Of a DNA stretch of 32,000 nucleotides, positions 6,121 through 13,528 are shown one piece after another. Source of the DNA: an archaeon (GTDB lineage: Archaea; Thermoproteota; Nitrososphaeria; Nitrososphaerales; Gagatemarchaeaceae); contig JAKASK010000002.1 in the NCBI GenBank assembly GCA_021819105.1, positions 86,992 to 118,991 on the forward strand, written 5' to 3'. A program made the translations under genes and the position numbers. A model generated the notes under the pieces. That model was not told the DNA's origin, made no database searches, and worked only from the letters and a program-made list of their open reading frames with translations. The stretch's first letter is position 1. Each line of letters begins with the position of its first letter.

Positions 6121-7742
6121 GACCTCCTGGCCAGTAGAAGGCCCAGACCAGCCGCGGCGACCGAAGCCGCAGCAACGGAGACGACGATCCAGACGGGAAA
6201 GGGAGCGCCTGGCGTCACGATCAACTTCAGGATCGCGGAGTAGATCACCCCTCCCTGGGCAGTCGCGCTGAGGGTCAGGTAGTATACCCCTGGGTTCAGC
6301 CCCCCGAGGGAGAGGGTCAGCCCTGACGTCGCCCGAGAACCAGGGGCGAGGGTGACAGCGGAGCTATTGAACGCGGCCGTCATGTTCCGGAGCTGGCCCG
6401 TGATGGTGACCCCGCTCACCGAAAGAGAGAGGGTCGTGGAGTTCCCCGCGGCTTGGTAGAAGGACAGGGGGACGGTGACCTTCCCCCGGGCCCCAACCGT
6501 GAGATAGGAGTCAGGGAGCGTGAGCGAAAGGCGGGTCGGGCTCTGAATGGGCACGACCTCCCCTATGGCGTCCCCGCCTATCTCCACGAACCAGAGCCTG
6601 CCGTTGCGGTCCAGGGTAACAGAGTAGACCCCGGCTATGGCCGTGTCGCAGCATGCAACTGGATACTCGGTCATGACGCCAGAGGATGGTATGAACGCGG
6701 CGATCCTGTTCCCGTAGTGCTCCCCGATCCAGACCGTGCCGTTACTGTCGACGGCGATCCCGTTGGGGAAGGTGACAGAGTATCCGAGGGCGCCGAAGGT
6801 CTGGGAGGTCCAGTACTTCACCAGCGACTGGGTGTTGGGGTCGTAGCTGTCAAAGGAACTGTCGACGTGCTCCGTCAGCCACAGCTTCCCGGAAGGGCTG
6901 AGCGCTATGCCGCTGGGGGTCCGGATGCTCGAGTTGATGACCTCTGTGGTGCCTACGAAAGACGTCGGGTGCGTGAACGCGAAGACGTATGTCTGGTTCA
7001 GCGGCGCGAACTCGGTTATCCCCTGGCTGGTCCCGTTCTGGAGCTGCGAGATGACCGCCCTGCCAAGCATGTCCGAGTCGGCAGCGGTGAACCACAGGTT
7101 TCCCTTCCCGTCGAGCGCCATCCCCGCAGGCGCAGACTGGAAGACGGGGAGGTCGAAGCTGCTGAAGGTATCCGTCGCGGGGTTGAACTCGTCAATCTGG
7201 TTGGAGAAGAGGCAGGCGACCCAGATGTCGCCAGACGGGTCGGCCAAGACGGCCCCGGGTCCGCACTGCACTGCCTGGGTCGAAGCGTCCAGGGCCACCG
7301 TCTCGCCAGGGATGGGGTACTCCGCAATCGAGGCTCGGCCGGCTGGGAGTTCACCCAGCTTGTTCGAGGTCAGCTCCACGAACCAGATGTTCCCATGGGT
7401 GTCTGAAGCCACCGCGTCGGGGTTCGAGTGGTTGGTGGGGATCGGGTACTGAGTGAAGTTCCCCGAAGCCGGGTCGTACTCCCCGAGCTGGTTGGTGCCC
7501 TGCTCCACGAACCAGACGTTGCCCTGGGGGTCGGTGGTGATGGACCATGGCTCGGAGTTGCCTGCAGGGATGCGGTGCTGTACCAGGGCGTAACCGTCGG
7601 CCCAGACGAAGCTGTCACCGCCCGACTGCGAGGTGAGTTGCGCCCTGGCGGGACCGGGAGAGGCGGTGGTCAGTGCTACGGCGAGGAGCAGGAAGATGGT
7701 GGCGACGCTGGTGCCCGTCCGTACCCATTTGGGAAGCGACAT
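6030..7742 (-). CDS. Surface-exposed beta-propeller repeat protein (Vgb/NHL-like) with Ig-like stalk and C-terminal TM anchor; paralog of 4612..6120
   Basis: 570 aa with an ATG start and a signal peptide. Blades: GNVWFVEQGTNQLGEYDP, GNIWFVELTSNKLGEL, GDIWVACLFSNQIDEFNP, GNLWFTAADSDMLG, GKLWLTEHVDSSFDSYDP, GTVWIGEHYGNRIAAF, GRLWFVEIGGDAIGEV. These are followed by a beta-rich domain, a TM helix and an Arg-rich tail. Confidence 0.8.
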   Translation of the reverse strand: MSLPKWVRTGTSVATIFLLLAVALTTASPGPARAQLTSQSGGDSFVWADGYALVQHRIPAGNSEPWSITTDPQGNVWFVEQGTNQLGEYDPASGNFTQYPIPTNHSNPDAVASDTHGNIWFVELTSNKLGELPAGRASIAEYPIPGETVALDASTQAVQCGPGAVLADPSGDIWVACLFSNQIDEFNPATDTFSSFDLPVFQSAPAGMALDGKGNLWFTAADSDMLGRAVISQLQNGTSQGITEFAPLNQTYVFAFTHPTSFVGTTEVINSSIRTPSGIALSPSGKLWLTEHVDSSFDSYDPNTQSLVKYWTSQTFGALGYSVTFPNGIAVDSNGTVWIGEHYGNRIAAFIPSSGVMTEYPVACCDTAIAGVYSVTLDRNGRLWFVEIGGDAIGEVVPIQSPTRLSLTLPDSYLTVGARGKVTVPLSFYQAAGNSTTLSLSVSGVTITGQLRNMTAAFNSSAVTLAPGSRATSGLTLSLGGLNPGVYYLTLSATAQGGVIYSAILKLIVTPGAPFPVWIVVSVAAASVAAAGLGLLLARRSHAVRGRRRALRVSRKRARTSTTTPTPVAA

Positions 7743-7799
7743 CAGAAGATGGAAACCGCGCCGGCTCGCAATGCAGTTTAACCTTTCCCCGGAAGACGG

Positions 7800-8288
7800 T
7801 CACTGACCGGGGGCTGGCTGTCCGCCGGCGGCGCCTTCTCGCTTGTTGTCGACGTACATCAGCGTCGCGGCCATCGTGACGATCCCGAATATCGCAGTCG
7901 CGAAGCAGAAATGGGTCGTCGCGATCAACGCGCTCAGCCCTGAGCCGACTACCTCCCCGCCTATCACCACCTGGATTGGGACCAGTATTATCGCGAGCAG
8001 CATGAGGCGGGAGGACAGCTGAGGCCTCGGCTTCATCCTCCATGCCGCGATGGCGGCGAAGAGTATCACCAGCCCGGTCACGACGCTGAGGAACCTGTGC
8101 AGATACTCGATCAGCGTCGGATAGTGGCTCAGCGCAGGGAACAGGGTGCCGTTGCACAGGGGCCAGCTGGCACCGAAGCCAGTGCCGCACCCGGCGCCGT
8201 AGCCTCCGAGGGTGACGTAAGCCCCCCAGGCGTTCAGGATGTAGATGGCGAGGGCTGCTGCGTAGACCCAGTACCTGGCCGAAGACAA
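7800..8288 (-). CDS. ctaA: Heme A synthase, compact 4-helix archaeal form (CtaA/Cox15 family)
   Basis: 162 aa with a TTG start and 4 TM helices. The Cys-pair loop GCGTGFGASWPLCNG and the conserved His residues in EYLHRF and TTHFCF are typical of CtaA. The size matches the compact variant described for Aeropyrum. Confidence 0.7.
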   Translation of the reverse strand: MSSARYWVYAAALAIYILNAWGAYVTLGGYGAGCGTGFGASWPLCNGTLFPALSHYPTLIEYLHRFLSVVTGLVILFAAIAAWRMKPRPQLSSRLMLLAIILVPIQVVIGGEVVGSGLSALIATTHFCFATAIFGIVTMAATLMYVDNKREGAAGGQPAPGQ

Positions 8289-8386
8289 GTGGTTTCATCA
8301 CGCGCGCCAGTGAATTGTAGTTAAGAGTTTCGAGCCGTCGGACCCCAGATGGTTTAAATCAAAAACAGAATCGGTGGGAGGCAGTC

Positions 8387-8842
8387 TTGGGGACCGTTGT
8401 CCGAGAGATCGAAGTGGATGCTCCCCTTGAGGCTGTGTGGAAGGTCGTCTCCGACATCGACAACGAGCCGGAGTACTGGCACGGGACGCGCGAAGTGGTC
8501 AACCTGCGGAGGGAGGGGAGCGTGACGGAAAGGGTGGTCGATCAGAATTTCATGGGGACAAGGGTGAAGCAGCGGGTCACCCTCAACCCCGAAGAGTCGG
8601 TCGAAGTCGACTATCTGAAGGGGACGACGGTGGGGAGGAAAACCGTCAGCATTGCGAGAGTTGGGGATGGGAGGTACGTGGTAAGGGCTTCCTGGAACGT
8701 TCATTTTACAGGGATGCTTGTGCTGATCACGCCGGTCATCTGGAACCACATAGTCAGGGGCACGGAGAACGCCCTTGCGCGGATCAAAGAAGCGGCGGAA
8801 GGGAGGGCCGACGCCCCTGCCGGCGGGCAGGCGTCGAACTGA
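8387..8842 (+). CDS. SRPBCC (START/Bet v1/polyketide-cyclase-like) ligand-binding protein
   Basis: 151 aa with a TTG start. The N-terminus VVREIEVDAPLEAVWKVVSDIDNEPEYW is the typical SRPBCC opening. A TATA-like TTTAAATC lies about 25-30 nt upstream. Confidence 0.65.
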   Translation: MGTVVREIEVDAPLEAVWKVVSDIDNEPEYWHGTREVVNLRREGSVTERVVDQNFMGTRVKQRVTLNPEESVEVDYLKGTTVGRKTVSIARVGDGRYVVRASWNVHFTGMLVLITPVIWNHIVRGTENALARIKEAAEGRADAPAGGQASN

Positions 8843-8851
8843 CGGGGTCGA

Positions 8852-9373
8852 GTGTCCGTGGATAGAAGGGCCATTGTAGTCGCGGCTGCCGTGGTGGTGG
8901 TCATCGCGGTCGGCGCCTCCCTCGAGCTTGGCTTGCTGCCCTTGACGGGGGGTGGCGGTGGGACCACCAGTTCCTCCTGCTCGTCCTGCTCCCCGCCGGT
9001 CGTGGATGTGGTCATGCCCGCGATCGGGAGTTCGGGGAACTACACGAACCCAGACCGCATGATCAACATGACGGCCGGGGAGACGAGGAGCTTGGAGGTC
9101 GACGTCTACCCCACCGTCCCCCTTGCATTCACCATGAACTTCACCACCGTGCTTGCTCCCGACCAGGCGGGCCTGTCCCCGGCGCACGGGATAGGCGCCA
9201 CCTTCGACCCCTCGAACTTCACGGTGGCGGCCAACGTGATGGGGGTGACGTCCATGACCCTGGCCGTCGCGCTGACCGCGGCCAAGGGGACGTACGACGT
9301 CGTGGTATCCGCGGCCAACCGGTCCAACAGCACCGAGGTCTGGGGGCTCTACTTCGAGATATCCGTGAGCTAG
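8852..9373 (+). CDS. Membrane-anchored extracellular protein with Gly/Ser/Thr linker, CSSC motif and an Ig-like (CARDB-type) domain
   Basis: 173 aa with a GTG start 10 nt after the SRPBCC gene. N-terminal TM, then linker GGGGGTTSSSCSSCSPP, then a beta-rich domain with N-x-S/T sequons resembling the stalk of the 6030 protein. Confidence 0.6.
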   Translation: MSVDRRAIVVAAAVVVVIAVGASLELGLLPLTGGGGGTTSSSCSSCSPPVVDVVMPAIGSSGNYTNPDRMINMTAGETRSLEVDVYPTVPLAFTMNFTTVLAPDQAGLSPAHGIGATFDPSNFTVAANVMGVTSMTLAVALTAAKGTYDVVVSAANRSNSTEVWGLYFEISVS

Positions 9374-9375
9374 CC

Positions 9376-9389
9376 CCTAACAGCTAAGG
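9376..9389. promoter_or_regulatory. Palindromic operator-like site CCTAAC-AG-CTAAGG (two mismatches)
   Basis: Lies 3 nt after the stop of the 8852 gene and directly upstream of the A/T-rich ATAAATAA (9391-9398) that precedes GTG 9412. Confidence 0.4.
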
Positions 9390-9411
9390 CATAAATAACG
9401 ACGACGATGAA

Positions 9412-9594
9412 GTGCTAGGCACGAGACCCGAAACATTAGGGAAGTTCGCCATCATCCTGGGGGCAGCGCTGTTCGCGGTGCTAATGGACACCCTCCTCAT
9501 CCCCGTGGGACCCACCGTCGGCCCGATCATCGTCGGGGTCATGACTCTCCTGGCCTTGGCTCTGCTGGTCGTCGGCCTAGTGAAGAAAGGTTAG
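9412..9594 (+). CDS. Small two-TM membrane protein (60 aa)
   Basis: GTG ORF with two hydrophobic helices and a KKG end. No conflicting strong ORF. Confidence 0.45.
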   Translation: MLGTRPETLGKFAIILGAALFAVLMDTLLIPVGPTVGPIIVGVMTLLALALLVVGLVKKG

Positions 9595-9711
9595 GCCGTC
9601 CTGAGGGCGAACAGATTCAAAGGGATACACGCCGAACCCTCTATTGGACCGTAAATCCAGTCGAAGATTTTGGACGCTGCGTTGGTCTGACGGGCGCGGA
9701 AGGCCGCGAGT

Positions 9712-10926
9712 TTATGGTGACTTCTCGGCGGGGTGGCCGTACTGGTTGTTGTAGCCTGGGAATCCGCTGTTGGTCTGGAAGTTGAAGCCCCACCAGAAGG
9801 ACACGCTGCTGTAGTAGAGCAGATAGGTCTCGCTACCCTGGCCTTGGGTAATCGCGAAGGCGATGTAGTAGTCCGAGGACGAGCTCGGGTTCATCTGGAG
9901 CTGATAGTTGTTCTCTCCGTGCTTCGAGAGAACCGAAGTCGACAGGGCCCTGACGAACTCTACGGTCCAGCTGTTGGTCTGGGCGTTGTAGACCCCCCTC
10001 GACTGTACCATGAACGGATTCATGAACTGGCTGACCCCGGTCGCGCTGGATGCGTTCGAGCCGTAAAGGCCTTGGGTGTTGATGTAGGGGAACTGGGTAG
10101 ACCCGGGGATACCGCCTATCTGATAGAACGACGTCGAGTTGGCGTATCCGTCGACTGCGTAGGAAGCTCCCGGCGAGAGGCCGAAGTCTGCCGTGTTCAC
10201 GGCCGTGCCGTTGGGGAAGGTCATGCCGGGATATCCTGTGTCTGCGGAGGAGTTGTCGGTGGGGTTGCTCTGCCACATCCAAAGCTCAGCGGAGCCGCCG
10301 GAACCAGTCCCGAGCGCTCCCGTGGTCCCGGGGACCATCTTCGGCTTGTAGGAGACCTGATACCAACCGGAGGTATTGGCTCCCGGATGGATTCCCAGCA
10401 TCACGATGGCCTGCTCGGGGTAGGTGTACTGAGACCCTTGGGCGAGCTGGTAGAACCCTACGTCCTGCGGGTACAGCCCACCGTAGCAGCTCGAAGTCGG
10501 GTAGAGGCAGGCGGGGTCATACATCGGGAACAGCCTGCCCGCGGGGTTCCCGGTATCATTCAGCATCGGTATTCCGGACGAGCCGTAGCTGGGGGAGCTC
10601 CCGAAGTTGGGGAACTGAAGCTTCACAATTAGCAGCGCCGTCCCTGATACGTTGGCCCAGGCCATCTGCACCTTTGCGAGGGTTGTCTCACCGGAAGGCG
10701 GATAGTTGCTAGACGGGATCAGCGGCACAGACTCTGTCGACACCCCGCTCCAGAAAGGCTCGGAACCGGGGCTGGCAAGGTTCGGCGTCCCGCTCACCTG
10801 GGGGACATAGATCGTGGAGAGCTGCGACGAGTACGCGTTGATCGCGTAGGAGACTGTGAACATCGAGATGAACAGGATGAACACCCAGGTTACGCCGACC
10901 CAGAAATATTTCGATGTTCTCCGCAA
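9712..10926 (-). CDS. Extracellular N-glycosylated protein, DOMON/ethylbenzene-dehydrogenase-like (CbsA cytochrome b558/566-like)
   Basis: 404 aa with a TTG start and an N-terminal TM anchor. At least 7 N-x-S/T sequons. Segments PFWSGVSTESVPL...AKVQMAWANVSGTALLIVKLQF and NSWTVEFVRAL...YYIAFAITQG...VSFWW match the EB_dh/DOMON pattern as I recall it (W...v.l...vkaa.d...; W.v.f.R.L...vafAv). Confidence 0.55.
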   Translation of the reverse strand: MRRTSKYFWVGVTWVFILFISMFTVSYAINAYSSQLSTIYVPQVSGTPNLASPGSEPFWSGVSTESVPLIPSSNYPPSGETTLAKVQMAWANVSGTALLIVKLQFPNFGSSPSYGSSGIPMLNDTGNPAGRLFPMYDPACLYPTSSCYGGLYPQDVGFYQLAQGSQYTYPEQAIVMLGIHPGANTSGWYQVSYKPKMVPGTTGALGTGSGGSAELWMWQSNPTDNSSADTGYPGMTFPNGTAVNTADFGLSPGASYAVDGYANSTSFYQIGGIPGSTQFPYINTQGLYGSNASSATGVSQFMNPFMVQSRGVYNAQTNSWTVEFVRALSTSVLSKHGENNYQLQMNPSSSSDYYIAFAITQGQGSETYLLYYSSVSFWWGFNFQTNSGFPGYNNQYGHPAEKSP

Positions 10927-11040
10927 GGACTGGCCTCAACCACTAATTAGGGCGCATATTTATCTTTCACCCAACGCTGAGACGTTCGACCCGCGTTCAC
11001 CTGTTAGGGATGTCTGCTGTGAAACCCTTAAGTAAAGCAG

Positions 11041-11247
11041 ATGGGTGCGCCAAGTCCGTTGCTGCCTATCCTCCAGGTCGCGACGACTTTCAGCGTCTTC
11101 GGTCTTTACTATTTCGTGTTCGGGCTCTTCGCCGCTCTGGGGCTGGTCATGCTCGGGATCATTCTTCTCGCAGAGCCGGACCCGCAGTACGACCTGTCGG
11201 AGATAATGGGGCCCGACGAGGACCCGGCCGACCAGACGGCGTCCTAG
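11041..11247 (+). CDS. Small two-TM membrane protein with acidic tail (68 aa)
   Basis: ATG ORF with hydrophobic helices followed by an acidic tail (DPQYDLSEIMGPDEDPADQ). Confidence 0.5.
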   Translation: MGAPSPLLPILQVATTFSVFGLYYFVFGLFAALGLVMLGIILLAEPDPQYDLSEIMGPDEDPADQTAS

Positions 11248-11253
11248 ACCGGC

Positions 11254-11991
11254 TTACTTTTTGCCTGTAGTGTTCTTTCTGTTCGCTGCGGCCTTCCCAT
11301 CCGCCGCGTCCCTTTTCGCCTTCGCTGACTTCGTGTAGTAGTACCTCATGGAGAGGAAGGCGCTCCCCCCCACTGCGAACGCGATTACGAAGACCAGTTC
11401 GTAGGCCACCTCGCCGTTGAACCCGGACGGCGGCCCTGAGGGAATGGCTATGTTCGAGGAGGCCAACTCCACAACCGAAGTTCCCGCGCTCTCCTCCACC
11501 ATGAGCCCCGTGGCCCTGTCGAACCAGAAGTTGACGGTGGTTCCGTTGACGTCCGTCCCCGTGAACTCCATCGTGGAGAAAGTCCCCGCGGGGACCGAGG
11601 CCGTGTTGTTGTGTAGGAAGGTGGCGCTCACGTTCTGGAAGGCGATGTGCCCCGACGAGAGGCTGGCGAGGGACACCGCAGGAAAGTTGACGGGGTTTAC
11701 GATGTTGTCAGTGATGTTCATGGTGCTGATGAACGGGTTGAGGTCCGTTCCCGCGGTGATGTTCTCGAAGATGTGGAGCCTCATCGACCCGTTCCCGAAG
11801 ATGCTCGTCACCGTGTAGGTGATGTTCCCCACCACCCCCGAGAAGTACGCGATGAACCCACCCTGTGCGGTGTAAGAGGCGAAGGCACCCTCGACTGCAT
11901 AGGGAGGAGACGCCGCTGCAGCGGCAGAAGCCAGCTGGGTGGCGAACAGCAGCAGGACTGCGACGGCTGCGAATGCGTGAAGATAGCGCAA
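11254..11991 (-). CDS. Secreted, C-terminally membrane-anchored glycoprotein (hypothetical)
   Basis: 245 aa with a TTG start and a signal peptide (LLLFATQLASAAAAA). Many N-x-S/T sequons. C-terminal TM followed by a Lys-rich tail. Confidence 0.65.
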   Translation of the reverse strand: MRYLHAFAAVAVLLLFATQLASAAAAASPPYAVEGAFASYTAQGGFIAYFSGVVGNITYTVTSIFGNGSMRLHIFENITAGTDLNPFISTMNITDNIVNPVNFPAVSLASLSSGHIAFQNVSATFLHNNTASVPAGTFSTMEFTGTDVNGTTVNFWFDRATGLMVEESAGTSVVELASSNIAIPSGPPSGFNGEVAYELVFVIAFAVGGSAFLSMRYYYTKSAKAKRDAADGKAAANRKNTTGKK

Positions 11992-12040
11992 CCTAGGGCG
12001 ACCTTCGACGCATCGGTAATAAGGTTGAGTCGGGCTCTGG

Positions 12041-12550
12041 TTAGTTGCCCTGGCCGATCTCTGCAGCCATGGCGCCGGACGGCTGACCGTTCTCCAGGTA
12101 CCTCTTTACCATCGAGCAGCTCTTTTCGATGCCCATCTCGACTTCTTTCTTTATCTTCAACTTGTCGATGGCGGCGCCCAGGAGCCCGTAGCCGAGCTCA
12201 TAGTCTGCCTCGAAGGTCAGCTTTGTACCCCCCTGCATCGGCTGGAAGTGGACGGCGATGTCGTTCTTCTTGAACGGACCGTTGATCGCCTTCGTCTTGA
12301 TCAGCCTGTTGTCCTCGTACTCTGTCGTCTCGTTGTCCCATTCAAGTTCTCTCCCGCCGAAGTTCCCCGAAATCCTGAAGATAGTGCCCACCCCGAAGTT
12401 GTCCTTCACCTTCACCGGGGTCACCCTAATGCTTACGTCTGCAGGGAACGATTTTGCTATGTGCTCCGGCCTCGCGTAGTATGCAAAAACTGCCGCGACA
12501 GGAGCAGAGATGTCAACGCTGCGGGAAACTTTCGTCAACGGGCATTGCAT
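12041..12550 (-). CDS. SRPBCC (START/CoxG-like) ligand-binding protein
   Basis: 169 aa with an ATG start. The opening VSRSVDISAPVAAVFAYYARPEHIAKSFP is the typical SRPBCC opening. Confidence 0.65.
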   Translation of the reverse strand: MQCPLTKVSRSVDISAPVAAVFAYYARPEHIAKSFPADVSIRVTPVKVKDNFGVGTIFRISGNFGGRELEWDNETTEYEDNRLIKTKAINGPFKKNDIAVHFQPMQGGTKLTFEADYELGYGLLGAAIDKLKIKKEVEMGIEKSCSMVKRYLENGQPSGAMAAEIGQGN

Positions 12551-12582
12551 GATTAGGTTTCTATTTATAGATTTCTTGCAGC

Positions 12583-12596
12583 CCTAACAGGTTCGG
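12583..12596. promoter_or_regulatory. Palindromic operator-like site CCTAAC-AG-GTTCGG
   Basis: Lies in the 54-bp spacer between the stop of 12605..13054 and the ATG of the SRPBCC gene (12550), upstream of TATAAATAG (12561-12569, minus strand). Confidence 0.5.
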
Positions 12597-12604
12597 GTAG
12601 CGTC

Positions 12605-13054
12605 CTACTCCAGCCGGATTCTGACCATATCCTTCGGGGGGGCGTTCCCCAGGCCATCGTCCTTGGGGCTCTCGCGGGCTACCGAGAGGATCTTCGAGGG
12701 GGTCTGGACCAGGACATCGCCGGTGCTCCTCGACATGGACACGGTCACCGAGCGGCCTACGAACAGGGTGAACCCGACATTCTCCCCGGCAGTGCAGAAG
12801 TACATAACACGCCCGTCCCTGTCTACCTCGATCCGCCCTATCGAAGTCCGCGCCTCGAATATCTCGCCAGACACCGGTGAGTGCAGTTCGATGGTCAGCT
12901 TCTCCGTCGCCTCCTTCGAGTCGCCTCCCGCCTTCCCGGACGTGAGTTCTATCTGAAGGACCGGACGTGTGCCGTCGGCGCGAAACCTGTAGGTCTTGGT
13001 TTCAAGGGGATGCGCCGGTTCGGTAGGCGGAGGTGGGACCTGGCTGCCTGACAA
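12605..13054 (-). CDS. Hypothetical soluble beta-rich protein
   Basis: 149 aa with a TTG start about 25 nt downstream of the TATA-like CCTTATAC. No motif recognised. Confidence 0.55.
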   Translation of the reverse strand: MSGSQVPPPPTEPAHPLETKTYRFRADGTRPVLQIELTSGKAGGDSKEATEKLTIELHSPVSGEIFEARTSIGRIEVDRDGRVMYFCTAGENVGFTLFVGRSVTVSMSRSTGDVLVQTPSKILSVARESPKDDGLGNAPPKDMVRIRLE

Positions 13055-13128
13055 CGGAACGGACCCGGAGTTGGCGGTATAAGGCCGTTCAGGACCGGCG
13101 GAAGCAGGTATGCGGAATCAGGGAGTGC

Positions 13129-13347
13129 CTAGAGGTCTTCGTCCTTCGGGCCGTTGCCCCAAGCGCCAATCAGCATGTAGATGAACAGTATCCCCACTGC
13201 CCCGACTATCGATATCAGCGTCAGCCCAGTTATGAGCGTCCCGAACCTATTGAACGGCTCCGCGTTGTACAGGTAGTATAGCGGGAACATCCCCAACACG
13301 TAGATGACCGCGCCGATGACCCACAGTTCCTCTTTGAGCTCCACCAT
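13129..13347 (-). CDS. Small two-TM protein, last gene of the oxidase operon (72 aa)
   Basis: Its ATG lies 1 nt after the stop of the preceding micro-ORF. Two hydrophobic helices. Confidence 0.6.
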   Translation of the reverse strand: MVELKEELWVIGAVIYVLGMFPLYYLYNAEPFNRFGTLITGLTLISIVGAVGILFIYMLIGAWGNGPKDEDL

Positions 13348-13348
13348 C

Positions 13349-13528
13349 TCACCAGAAGCTCGCTATGGCCCCCGCCACCATTGATATCGCTCCGCCGAGC
13401 ACCATCGTCTGGACCGCCCACTCGTTCTCGAAGAAGCCGTGCGAGCTGGCGCTCCCTATCGCGAGAATCCAGAACACCCAAGGTACGACGAATACGGCGA
13501 GTGCGATCAGCCTCCTTCGTGCCACCAT
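13349..13528 (-). CDS. Small two-TM protein, 59 aa, translationally coupled to oxidase subunit I (absent from the ORF track)
   Basis: Hand translation gives MVARRRLIALAVFVVPWVFWILAIGSASSHGFFENEWAVQTMVLGGAISMVAGAIASFW. Its ATG shares the A of the subunit I TGA (TGATG). One residue under the track cutoff. Confidence 0.55.
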   Translation of the reverse strand: MVARRRLIALAVFVVPWVFWILAIGSASSHGFFENEWAVQTMVLGGAISMVAGAIASFW

